Counted from the first letter of the whole stretch, positions 11,953-24,311 are shown. The stretch is 63,435 bases of DNA, filler included, from Octopus bimaculoides (GCF_001194135.2; 6 parts of 4 records of this genome joined end to end with filler, not necessarily neighbours in it), one strand, 5' to 3'. Translations and numbers: made by a program. Notes: generated by a model not told the origin, from the letters alone.

Positions 11953-12014
11953 ACCATGCTGATGATCGGAGTAGGGTAGCTTTATACTCTTAACCGTGAA
12001 ACGTCGTACATGGT
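11953..12014 (+). ncRNA. Putative minimal type I hammerhead ribozyme
   Basis: Stem I ACCATG/CATGGT (6 bp), core CTGATGA (11959-65), stem II CGG/CCG extended by GAGTA/TACTC, GAAAC (11998-12002), 2-bp stem III and a GTA cleavage triplet (12006-08). The pair closing stem II is a non-canonical U-U. Confidence 0.65.
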
Positions 12015-12212
12015 TAACTAAAGGCAGGTTTGTTTTTGCTTTTTTCTTCTGTTTTTGTTCTGTGTGTGCCATAAATATCGCCATCCGTTAGAGAAAAATT
12101 TGTAGTTTGGAATCAGTAGTTCTTTGACTGCTATTTCTAAATTTTCAGTATGTTGNNNNNNNNNNNNNNNNNNNNNNNNNNNNNNNNNNNNNNNNNNNNN
12201 NNNNNNTATATA

Positions 12213-12245
<33 letters not shown>

Positions 12246-12248
12246 ACG

Positions 12249-12482
12249 TGCATATATCGGTACAGGACATCACCAACAGTACAAATAACACGAAATACGT
12301 AAACAACGAGAAAAAATGGAAAACAGGATAAGTAAACACTTGAAATGAGGAGTAGATAGACAGCCGACAACTGATGAAGGGTCCTTTCTCTGTGTTTACT
12401 TGTCCTGTTTTCCATTTTTTCACGTTGTTTACGTATTTCATGTTATTTGCACCACTGGTGACGTCCTGTAGCCATATATGCA
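12249..12482. repeat. Foldback element with 91-bp inverted arms
   Basis: 12249-12339 is the reverse complement of 12392-12482, with about ten substitutions by eye. The spacer contains CTGATGAAGGG at 12371. Confidence 0.85.
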
Positions 12483-12579
12483 TTATACATGCATACATAC
12501 ATATACATAAACACGCACATACACAGACACATTTATTATTTAATATATATATATATAGAGAGAGAGAGATACATATATA

Positions 12580-12639
<60 letters not shown>

Positions 12640-12674
12640 ACACATACACACGAACACACACACACAAGTATTTA

Positions 12675-13564
12675 CGAGGTCTGATCAATATGTATCTGGA
12701 TTGTTGCCATAGTAACAAAGCACGCAGAGTAAAGCTGTTTGGCACAGGTTGACTTTGGACTCTGCTATGCATGCGCGCTAAGTTTTAACGTTGTAGCTTA
12801 CTTCCGCTGTTTACAGCAGTGCTTGGAAGGAACGTCTGTAGCATGTGATCCTCGCATTGACCATGACAGAGAAAGTTGGCATGGCGGTACCTGCTCAGCG
12901 GCCAACGCAATGCTGCAGAAAATGTGTAGAGAGGAGTCTATGAGCCGCACACAAGTTTACGCGTGGTTCATACGTTGCCAAGAGGGCCGAAAAAATGTTG
13001 ATAATAACGAACGTCCTGGGAGTCCTGCAACCAGTAGAACTGAGAAAAACACCGCAGATGTGCGTGAAGCCGTGAGGGAAAATCGTCGAATTACCGTCTG
13101 TAAGTTATCAGAAGATGTGCAGATTAGTTACGGTTCAGTTCAGTCCATTGTCACTGAAGATTTGGACATGAGATGTGTTTCTGCCAAGTTTGTGCCAAAA
13201 CTGCTTGCAACTGACCAAAAACACACTCAGGTTTCAGTTGCCCAAGATCTCCTTGATAGTGTCGAGAATGATGAAAAGTTTTTGAAAACTTTGCGTAGGC
13301 CTCTGAGCAGGTATCGTGAAGCGTTCGGCAAAATTTAATGCAGATTCTCTGTTCAGCTTTCTCTGTCCTGGTCAATGCGACGATTACACGCTACACACTT
13401 TCCTTCTAAGCATTGCTGTAAACAGCGGGAGTGAGCTAGAACGTTAAAACTTAGTGCGCATGCACAACAGAATTCGAGGTCAATCTGTGCCAAGCAGCTT
13501 TATTCTGCATGCTTTAACTTCGTTACTATGGTAATAGTCTTGATACTTATTGGATCAGACCACG
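12675..13564 (+). mobile_element. Rearranged, non-autonomous mariner (Tc1/mariner) element
   Basis: TA flanks at 12673-74 and 13565-66. Imperfect TIRs CGAGGTCTGATCAATATGTATC / GATACTTATTGGATCAGACCACG. ORF 12739-13338 encodes the mariner DNA-binding region (MSRTQVYAWF, ERPGSP, RRITV, VSAKFVPKLL) but stops before the DDD domain. Confidence 0.9.
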
Positions 13565-13588
13565 TATGCATAAGTTTATGCATAACGT

Positions 13589-13993
13589 CTTTACAGTGTT
13601 ATTACCACTTCTAACCAAAGTTCATTCACTTCATGACTTGAAAACTTGTGAAAAAAAAAGACCCCTCATCTGAAAAACAGATGAGTATTAGTTACAGAAA
13701 CAGCATTGGCTAAGCTATAGAAAAGAGACATAAGCTATAGAAAAGAGACATAAGCAAAAAGTTGCTTGCCTTTGTATAAATGTACACACACACACACACA
13801 CACAGAAGTAACTTCTAGTTTATATCTGTTTTCTACGTCGGCATAGCTAAGTCACGTCAGTATAGCTTAGCCAACGTTATTCCTGTAACCAATACTTACC
13901 TGTTTTCAGGTGAGAGATCTTTTAGTTCAGAAGTTTTCAAAGGCATGAAATAAATGAATGAATTTTTGTTAGAAGTGGCAACAACACTCCAAG
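13589..13993. mobile_element. Diverged foldback/MITE-like element
   Basis: Arms 13589-13720 and 13861-13993 are imperfect reverse complements. The centre holds a 20-bp tandem duplication (13711-13750) and a CA repeat. Confidence 0.7.
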
Positions 13994-14044
13994 TTTCTTA
14001 AAGTGCAAATATAAGCAGGCGCAGACGCATGCACACGCACACGC

Positions 14045-14095
<51 letters not shown>

Positions 14096-15544
14096 TTTAT
14101 GTATATGACATCAGTTTAATAGCATATCAATATTTAATTATGGTACAGCCTGAGGATTTGGGAGATAAAATGTAGCATATTGTATAGTTTTATGAAATTT
14201 GCACGTCAATAAGTGTGTATGTGTGTGTAATACATTCACATACATACATATACATGTATTTATAAATATATAAAANNNNNNNNNNNNNNNNNNNNNNNNN
14301 NNNNNNNNNNNNNNNNNNNNNNNNNNNNNNNNNNNNNNNNNNNNNNNNNNNNNNNNNNNNNNNNNNNNNNNNNNNNNNNNNNNNNNNNNNNNNNNNNNNN
14401 NNNNNNNNNNNNNNNNNNNNNNNNNNNNNNNNNNNNNNNNNNNNNNNNNNNNNNNNNNNNNNNNNNNNNNNNNNNNNNNNNNNNNNNNNNNNNNNNNNNN
14501 NNNNNNNNNNNNNNNNNNNNNNNNNNNNNNNNNNNNNNNNNNNNNNNNNNNNNNNNNNNNNNNNNNNNNNNNNNNNNNNNNNNNNNNNNNNNNNNNNNNN
14601 NNNNNNNNNNNNNNNNNNNNNNNNNNNNNNNNNNNNNNNNNNNNNNNNNNNNNNNNNNNNNNNNNNNNNNNNNNNNNNNNNNNNNNNNNNNNNNNNNNNN
14701 NNNNNNNNNNNNNNNNNNNNNNNNNNNNNNNNNNNNNNNNNNNNNNNNNNNNNNGGAAATGGAGGATAATATGCAGTATCCATCGACTTGCAGACAGTGT
14801 ATTCCATTGAATTAATTTGTTTATTTTGTAACTAAAATGACAAAAACCACAATATACAGATGCCTATGACATACCATACCCTCCCAGCAGTATATTGGAT
14901 AGATACTATCTCTTAGTGGGTTGAATCCTCAACCCCTAACTCTCTTGCATTATATATATATATATATACATTAGACTTCTTTGAGTTTCTGTCTATCAAA
15001 TCCACTCGTAAGGCTTTGGTTGGCCCATGGCTACAGTTCAAGACACTTGCCGAAGATTCCATGGAGTGGGACTGAACCCAGAACCATGTGGCTGGAAAGC
15101 AAGCTTCTTACTATGCAGCCATGCCTGCACCTAAATGGGTGAGTGGACAAATGAGAGAAGGTACTCAATACATTTAGTAGGAGTTACATATATTATTTGT
15201 TTGAACAGTTTGATTTGGCTACATGCAATTTAAAGATTTGTAGGGTTCTTACAGAAGCCTAGCAATATTATATGTGTGCACACGCATGTGTCTGTGTGTT
15301 TGCATTTGTCACACACTACTACTTGGCAATTGCTGTTGGTTTGTTTATGTCGCTTAACTTAGCGCGTCAGCAAAAATGAGACTGTTAAAATAAGTACCAA
15401 GCTTGAAATAATAAAATGCGAACTGGGGTCAATTTGTTTCACTAAACTTTTCAATAATAACTTAAACGAGTAAAGTTAAAAGATAAAAGATATGCGTGCA
15501 CACATACACACACACAAACATACAAATATACATGCATATATCTA

Positions 15545-15585
<41 letters not shown>

Positions 15586-16822
15586 NNNNNNNNNNNNNNN
15601 NNNNNNNNNNNNNNNNNNNNNNNNNNNNNNNNNNNNNNNNNNNNNNNNNNNNNNNNNNNNNNNNNNNNNNNNNNNNNNNNNNNNNNNNNNNNNNNNNNNN
15701 NNNNNNNNNNNNNNNNNNNNNNNNNNNNNNNNNNNNNNNNNNNNNNNNNNNNNNNNNNNNNNNNNNNNNNNNNNNNNNNNNNNNNNNNNNNNNNNNNNNN
15801 NNNNNNNNNNNNNNNNNNNNNNNNNNNNNNNNNNNNNNNNNNNNNNNNNNNNNNNNNNNNNNNNNNNNNNNNNNNNNNNNNNNNNNNNNNNNNNNNNNNN
15901 NNNNNNNNNNNNNNNNNNNNNNNNNNNNNNNNNNNNNNNNNNNNNNNNNNNNNNNNNNNNNNNNNNNNNNNNNNNNNNNNNNNNNNNNNNNNNNNNNNNN
16001 NNNNNNNNNNNNNNNNNNNNNNNNNNNNNNNNNNNNNNNNNNNNNNNNNNNNNNNNNNNNNNNNNNNNNNNNNNNNNNNNNNNNNNNNNNNNNNNNNNNN
16101 NNNNNNNNNNNNNNNNNNNNNNNNNNNNNNNNNNNNNNNNNNNNNNNNNNNNNNNNNNNNNNNNNNNNNNNNNNNNNNNNNNNNNNNNNNNNNNNNNNNN
16201 NNNNNNNNNNNNNNNNNNNNNNNNNNNNNNNNNNNNNNNNNNNNNNNNNNNNNNNNNNNNNNNNNNNNNNNNNNNNNNNNNNNNNNNNNNNNNNNNNNNN
16301 NNNNNNNNNNNNNNNNNNNNTGTGTCTGTAAAAGGTTGAAGAGGAACACACGAATAGATATATATGGAAAAAAGACAAAGTAGAAAATGCTAAAATACTT
16401 TTATAAAGAACATTACAGAACCGGTTTCGATCCTTGAGATCTTTTCAACAGTAAGTATGAATAATAAATTTTTGAAAAATTATTGAAAAATTAAATTTTG
16501 GTAAATTTAAAAGAAAAGTCTTTTTAAAGACATATTTGTATAGTATTCAAATAACAGGGGCATTTTTCTTGTTTCTGCTTGTCTCTGTCTCACTTGTTAA
16601 CTCTTGTGGGTTTGAAGAAGGACTGCTATGATAGTAGCAGTGTTAATTGGCCGGGTGTTAGATGTCAGGACATTAGTCAAACAGCTTGACCTTAGTACTA
16701 ATTATTTTTTAAAGGCTGGTACTTTATTTTATTGGTTCCTTTTTGCTGGACTGCTATGGTAGGGGGGTGTAAACAAACCAAACCAACAGTAGTTGTCCAG
16801 TGGTGGCTGGGGCAAACACAAA

Positions 16823-16854
<32 letters not shown>

Positions 16855-18270
16855 TAACACAAATACATACATACATACATACATACATACATGTATATAT
16901 ACATTTACATATATATATATATATACATATATATATGTGCGTGTGTGTGTGTGTGTGTGTGTGTCTGTGTTTGTCCTCCCCAACATCACTTTACAACCAA
17001 TGCTGGTGCATTTACGTCCCTGTAACTCAGTGGTAACTGTTTATTGAATTTTCCGTGTTAACTGTAAACAGAAGAAAATTCACTCATCCATTTACATACT
17101 TATATATATATATATATATATGTAGCCTAGGCTCAAAAAGTTAAAGACAGTTTCACTTCCCGAGTGTTAAACTAATACATCTGTTTGTTGTCTACACCAC
17201 CTGTCTTCGTCTTTTGTTTTTTTGTGAATTCTCCCTATATATATTTATATATATATATATATATCTTTTACTCTTTTACTTGTTTCAGTCATTTGACTGT
17301 GGCCATGCTGGAACACCGCCTTTAGTTGAGCAAATCGACCCCAGGACTTATTCTTTAGAAGCCTAGTACTTATTCTATCGGCCTCTTTTGCCAAACCACT
17401 AAGTTACGAGGANNNNNNNNNNNNNNNNNNNNNNNNNNNNNNNNNNNNNNNNNNNNNNNNNNNNNNNNNNNNNNNNNNNNNNNNNNNNNNNNNNNNNNNN
17501 NNNNNNNNNNNNNNNNNNNNNNNNNNNNNNNNNNNNNNNNNNNNNNNNNNNNNNNNNNNNNNNNNNNNNNNNNNNNNNNNNNNNNNNNNNNNNNNNNNNN
17601 NNNNNNNNNNNNNNNNNNNNNNNNNNNNNNNNNNNNNNNNNNNNNNNNNNNNNNNNNNNNNNNNNNNNNNNNNNNNNNNNNNNNNNNNNNNNNNNNNNNN
17701 NNNNNNNNNNNNNNNNNNNNNNNNNNNNNNNNNNNNNNNNNNNNNNNNNNNNNNNNNNNNNNNNNNNNNNNNNNNNNNNNNNNNNNNNNNNNNNNNNNNN
17801 NNNNNNNNNNNNNNNNNNNNNNNNNNNNNNNNNNNNNNNNNNNNNNNNNNNNNNNNNNNNNNNNNNNNNNNNNNNNNNNNNNNNNNNNNNNNNNNNNNNN
17901 NNNNNNNNNNNNNNNNNNNNNNNNNNNNNNNNNNNNNNNNNNNNNNNNNNNNNNNNNNNNNNNNNNNNNNNNNNNNNNNNNNNNNNNNNNNNNNNNNNNN
18001 NNNNNNNNNNNNNNNNNNNNNNNNNNNNNNNNNNNNNNNNNNNNNNNNNNNNNNNNNNNNNNNNNNNNNNNNNNNNNNNNNNNNNNNNNNNNNNNNNNNN
18101 NNNNNNNNNNNNNNNNNNNNNNNNNNNNNNNNNNNNNNNNNNNNNNNNNNNNNNNNNNNNNNNNNNNNNNNNNNNNNNNNNNNNNNNNNNNNNNNNNNNN
18201 NNNNNNNNNNNNNNNNNNNNNNNNNNNNNNNNNNNNNNNNNNNNNNNNNNNNNNNNNNNNATATATATAC

Positions 18271-18675
18271 GTGAAGGAGTGGCTGTGTGGTAAGTAGCTT
18301 GCTTACCAACCACATGGTTCCAGGTTCAGTCCGGCTGCATGGCACTTTGGGCAAATGTCTTCTACTATAACCTCAGGCTGACCAAAGTCTTGTGAGTGGA
18401 TTTGGTAGACAGAAACTGAAAGAAGCCCGTTGTATATGTATTTATATATATGTGTGTATATATGTATATGTGTGCGTGTATATATTTGTGTGTCTGTGTT
18501 TGTCCTCCCCAACATCAAGTTACAATCAATTCTGGTGCGTTTGCATCCCTGCAACTCAGTGGTTTGGCAAAAGAGACCGATTGAATAAGTACTAGACTTA
18601 CAAAGAGTAAGCCCTGGGGTTGATTTGCTTGACTAAAGGTGGTGCTCCAGCATGGCCGCAGTCAGAATGACTGGA
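18271..18675 (+). mobile_element. Near full-length SINE family B
   Basis: Same head, body and tail as 37861-38365. Confidence 0.85.
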
Positions 18676-18780
18676 ATATATATGCGGAGGATCAAAGTTG
18701 GTAACAATTGGATAAAAGAAAGGGCAGTCAACACATTTAATAGGAGTTATTGTATTATTTAAAACATTTTGATATATATT

Positions 18781-18994
18781 TGATGGGGTGTTGAAAAGAA
18801 CCTGTCTTTGGGTAAAATCAAATACAGGAGGATCAGTTAAATATGATTTTATTTAACATATTCCCTTATCAGATTCACACACTTATTGCAGAAGTCAAGT
18901 CTTTCTATGCTCTGTAAGAGAACTCAGAAGGTTGTTCCTTCAAGCAGGCCTTTCATGATACCCTTCAAGGCAAGACCTTTTCAGCACCCCCTTG
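18781..18994 (-). mobile_element. About 215 bp mariner-derived MITE
   Basis: Imperfect TIRs GGGGTGTTGAAAAG (left) and CTTTTCAGCACCCC (right), with TA after the right end. The minus strand retains the mariner C-terminal remnant CNKCVNLIREYVK*. Confidence 0.6.
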
Positions 18995-19209
18995 TATATA
19001 TGTATATNNNNNNNNNNNNNNNNNNNNNNNNNNNNNNNNNNNNNNNNNNNNNNNNNNNNNNNNNNNNNNNNNNNNNNNNNNNNNNNNNNNNNNNNNNNNN
19101 NNNNNNNNNNNNNNNNNNNNNNNNNNNNNNNNNNNNNNNNNNNNNNNNNNNNNNNNNNNNNNNNNNNNNNNNNNNNNNNNNNNNNNNNNNNNNNNNNNNN
19201 NNNNNNNNN

Positions 19210-19320
19210 CAACAGACGAAGACAGGTGGTGTAAACAACAAATGGATGTATTAATATAATGCTCAGGAATAGAGAAAATCTTAATGTTTCGAGCCTACAC
19301 TCTTCAACAGAAAGGAACAC
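19210..19320 (-). mobile_element. Short PLE-terminus-like repeat with variant hammerhead-like core (family H2)
   Basis: The minus strand reads CTTT-CTGTTGA-A-GAGT-GTAG-GCTC-GAAACATT-AAG. A diverged copy in the opposite orientation lies at about 17120-17235 and shares TACATC..TTTGTTGT.TACACCACCTGTCTTCGTCT. Confidence 0.55.
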
Positions 19321-20799
19321 AGAAAGAAATAAGGAGAGAAACAAGGAGAGAAAAAAATATGTGTAGTGGTCAGCGATCTATCATGGCAAATGTATATATA
19401 TATATATACACACACCACACATGACAAGCTTCTTTCAGTTTCCTTCAATCAAACCCACTCACAAGGCTTTGGTCGGCCTGGTGTTATAGTAGAATACACT
19501 TAGCGAAGGTACCACACAGTGAGGCTGAACCCGGAACCATGTGGTTGAGAAACAAGCTTCTTACCACACGGCCATGCCTACCTTATATTTCATATCAATA
19601 TTTTGTCAAATTAAACTGAAACTTGATTTTACTTGGAATTTGTTTGTAATAAAGACAAAAAAAAAATTAGAAAAAGAAAAAGGAAATATGCAATAGTGGA
19701 GGATAAATGGTGCTAATTTTGATATACAAGGTGCATAGTTAATGTAGAGAGGAGAAGGAGGGGGAAAAATGATTAGCATTTTTAGTCTATGTCTAAGCTA
19801 AAATGTGATTCCATATTTATATTGAGTACGGATTTGCTTGTATGTTTATGTTGTGTTGTGGTTGTTTTCAGGGAAACTATAAAATTCTGAAGCAGCTACT
19901 ATTTTTAAAGTGGGTGGGAAAGGAATAGAGAAAAATAAAAATGAAAGAAAAGGAATTGTCTACAAAGTTTGGTTCTGGAATAGGTGAAGGTTTGTAGAGA
20001 ATAATGAAGAAGGAATAGGATATTGGTTGAAAAGAGTAGGAGGAAGCCTGGAGAGGGAACATAGTGGACAAGTGATGGCTATAGCCAGAAGTTGTGGTCA
20101 TTGACAAGGAAGAGAATGACAAAGATGATGAGAGAGGAAGAGAGAGAGAGAGACAAAGGAGGAAGGAGAGAGACAGACTGGTAGACAGACAGAGACTTGC
20201 CAACAAGGAAAAAGGAATATATATATATATGTATATATATATAAAAAAAAAGAAGGGTGTAAGGGTAGGATAAATGGTGAGGGAAGAAAAAAGAAGAGGA
20301 AAAGAGTAGATAGCAGTATTAGCTTCAAATAGTGGACAGTCTGCTTTGGGAAGAGACTAATCTAAAAGTGTGGTGGTCACACAACACCATTTTGCAGTGC
20401 TTCCATGTTGCCAAGCACTATGAGTCATGGAGGCCAGATATAATAAAACTAATTCATTTCTTTTACAACTGACCATTGCTATAACAACAGGGAGAGGGAG
20501 ATAGAGACAGAAGGGGCGGCTGTCCAGAGACAGGGAAGATGGTCAGTGAGAGAAGAAAGAAAGAAAGAAAGCTAAGAAAATGGAAAAAGAAAACAAAAAC
20601 AATAAAGGTAGGGTGGGTGCGGGGGGAGAGAGAAATGAGAAGGCCATGTAAGACAGTATGGAAGAAAAAAGGGACGATGAAGAAGCAAGTGGACATTGTC
20701 TTAAGCTGCTTTGCCGCACCACTTTACATTTATCTCCTGCCATCAGAATAACTGACCATTCGGTTAAAATTTTATCAGTTAGCCTAAGAGAGGAGAGAG

Positions 20800-21194
20800 A
20801 CAACCAAGACATCACCATCGTCATCATCATCATCATAAAATTAGTGCAACCATCACTACAATCGTCATCATCATCATCATCATCATCATCAACATCGTTG
20901 TAATCATCATCACCATCGTCGTCATCATCATCATCGTCGTCATAATTATCATCATCATAAGCATCATCATCATCATCACCATCAACATCATCATCATTGT
21001 TAGCGTTGACATAACATTAGTGCAATCATCACAACAATCACCATCATCATCATCATCAACATCATCCACAAGAGCACTACCATCACCACCATCAACAAAA
21101 AACACCCTAACCACCACCACCACCACCACCTCTGTAAAACAGTAATAACAACCACATCATCAACATCCACAAGAAGAAAAAGCACTGCTTCTAT

Positions 21195-21225
<31 letters not shown>

Positions 21226-21289
21226 TAAAAGCATCACTATCCACAATACCACCGCCATCACCACTGCAACCAGGAGCTATAACAGCAAT

Positions 21290-21324
<35 letters not shown>

Positions 21325-22001
21325 CTGCAATGACAAGGGCAACACTATTACAAGGTACCCTCATGGTGACACCCACCACCATTTCACCTTATAAATAAAT
21401 AAATAAATAAAATAAACAAATAAATAAATAAACGAATAAATAACTAAATAAATAAATAGATAAATAAATAGATAAATAAAATAAATAAATAAATAAATAA
21501 AGAGGATTGCAAGGCATGGCAAGGCATGGCATGGTGGCAGTCATGATGAAGGTAGTTCAGAGCTTAAGAAGACATCTTTTTACTAGTCTGGATGTTGGGT
21601 GTAAAAGGGGGCGGGTGGGTNNNNNNNNNNNNNNNNNNNNNNNNNNNNNNNNNNNNNNNNNNNNNNNNNNNNNNNNNNNNNNNNNNNNNNNNNNNNNNNN
21701 NNNNNNNNNNNNNNNNNNNNNNNNNNNNNNNNNNNNNNNNNNNNNNNNNNNNNNNNNNNNNNNNNNNNNNNNNNNNNNNNNNNNNNNNNNNNNNNNNNNN
21801 NNNNNNNNNNNNNNNNNNNNNNNNNNNNNNNNNNNNNNNNNNNNNNNNNNNNNNNNNNNNNNNNNNNNNNNNNNNNNNNNNNNNNNNNNNNNNNNNNNNN
21901 NNNNNNNNNNNNNGGCGGCGGGCGGCGATGATAATGGCTGTGATGAGGAGTCTGAGCAGGAGATTTGGTTAAAGGTGCTGATGTTGTGTAATGGAGTTAC
22001 G

Positions 22002-22048
<47 letters not shown>

Positions 22049-22690
22049 GACAGTGGTAGTGCTTTAGTTGTTTAGTTGTGCATAGGTGCATGCGTGTATG
22101 TATGTATGCATGTATGTATGTATATATGTATTTATTTATGTATGTATGTATGTATGTATGTATGTATGTATGTATGTGTGTCTGTCTGTCTGTATGTATG
22201 TGTGTCTGTCTGTCTGTCTGTATGTATGTATGTATGCGTGTATGTATGTATGCATGTATGTATGTATATATGTATTTATGTATGTATGTATGTATGTATG
22301 TATGTATGTGTGTCTGTGTGTATGTATGTATGTATGTGTGTCTGTCTGTCTGTATGTGTGTATGCATGTGTGTATGTATGCATATATGTATATATATATA
22401 TATATATATATGTATATGTGTATGCATGTATGTATGCATATATATATATGTATATGTGTATGTATATATGTATGTATGTAAGTATGTTATGTATGTATGT
22501 ACATGTGTATGTATGTGATATATGTATGTATATATATACTTTTTCTTTTATTTGTTTCTGTGAATTGACTGTGGTCATGCTGGAGCATGCATATATATGT
22601 ATGTGTGCATGTAAATATGCAAGTATATATATATGTATATTGTGTATGTATGTATGCATGTGTGTATGCATGTGTGTATGTATGCATGTA

Positions 22691-22732
<42 letters not shown>

Positions 22733-23532
22733 NNNNNNNNNNNNNNNNNNNNNNNNNNNNNNNNNNNNNNNNNNNNNNNNNNNNNNNNNNNNNNNNNNNN
22801 NNNNNNNNNNNNNNNNNNNNNNNNNNNNNNNNNNNNNNNNNNNNNNNNNNNNNNNNNNNNNNNNNNNNNNNNNNNNNNNNNNNNNNNNNNNNNNNNNNNN
22901 NNNNNNNNNNNNNNNNNNNNNNNNNNNNNNNNNNNNNNNNNNNNNNNNNNNNNNNNNNNNNNNNNNNNNNNNNNNNNNNNNNNNNNNNNNNNNNNNNNNN
23001 NNNNNNNNNNNNNNNNNNNNNNNNNNNNNNNNNNNNNNNNNNNNNNNNNNNNNNNNNNNNNNNNNNNNNNNNNNNNNNNNNNNNNNNNNNNNNNNNNNNN
23101 NNNNNNNNNNNNNNNNNNNNNNNNNNNNNNNNNNNNNNNNNNNNNNNNNNNNNNNNNNNNNNNNNNNNNNNNNNNNNNNNNNNNNNNNNNNNNNNNNNNN
23201 NNNNNNNNNNNNNNNNNNNNNNNNNNNNNNNNNNNNNNNNNNNNNNNNNNNNNNNNNNNNNNNNNNNNNNNNNNNNNNNNNNNNNNNNNNNNNNNNNNNN
23301 NNNNNNNNNNNNNNNNNNNNNNNNNNNNNNNNNNNNNNNNNNNNNNNNNNNNNNNNNNNNNNNNNNNNNNNNNNNNNNNNNNNNNNNNNNNNNNNNNNNN
23401 NNGTAGTAGTAGTAGTAGTATCATCAGGGTAGCAGTGGTAATAATAATAATTACATCAGATAGTAATAGTAGTAATTATGCCAGTGGTAATAGTAGTATC
23501 AGCAGTAGCAGTTATAGTATTAGTATTAGTAT

Positions 23533-23565
<33 letters not shown>

Positions 23566-24179
23566 CAGCAGCAGCTGTAGTAATTATAATCAGTAGTAGT
23601 AAGAGCAGCTACATAAGTAGTAGAGGCAGTAAATAGATGTAATGGTGATGGCAAGAGTAGTGGTAGTAGTAGAGGCGGTGGTGGTAGTGGTGGAAGTTAT
23701 GGTCAAGAAGGAGGTGAAGTGGAATGGAGGTGGTGGTGGTGGTGGTGACAGCTAAAGGATTGGAGAAAGGAACAGAGAAAGAAAGAAAGAAAGAAAGAAA
23801 GAGACTTGGAAGATGAATGCAAAGGGATAAGACAAAAAAGAAAAAAAGGGTGAAACAGAACAGAGGTGTTGTTGTTGTTGTTAGTGGTGGTGGTGGTGGT
23901 GGTGGCTAGAGAAGAAAGATGTTAAAAAAAAAGTTGGTGGATGGATGGGGCAGGGGTGGGGGTAGGCGGAAGGGAGACTAAAGAAGAAAGTGGACTTTTC
24001 CACTTCTCTTACTGCACCTGCTTCTTAATTCAATGTGGCTGAAGAAGATTCAAACTATTTAACCTGACCAGCACAGGATGATGGTCAGCCTTTTCCACTC
24101 AGCCAATCACATACACACACACACATACACATACATCTATGTGTGTGTGCATGTATATATATACACATGCATATATGCA

Positions 24180-24227
<48 letters not shown>

Positions 24228-24259
24228 TGTATGTGTGTGTGTGTGTGTGCGCATGTATG

Positions 24260-24311
<52 letters not shown>

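Noticed and set aside
13900-14000. Minus-strand 97-nt open exon candidate (TWSVVATSNKNSFIYFMPLKTSELKDLSPEN) with AG and GTAAGT ends
   Set aside because: It lies wholly within one arm of a foldback repeat, the mirror arm is not open, and no protein similarity was recognised.
19871-19912. Possible next mannosidase exon ending in LKW
   Set aside because: It is only 14 codons, lacks the expected DLF...ExTL segment and is likely chance.
22076-23596. Longest ORF in the track (506 aa) and all similar YI/CV/HT/poly-X ORFs
   Set aside because: These are translations of microsatellites and N gaps.
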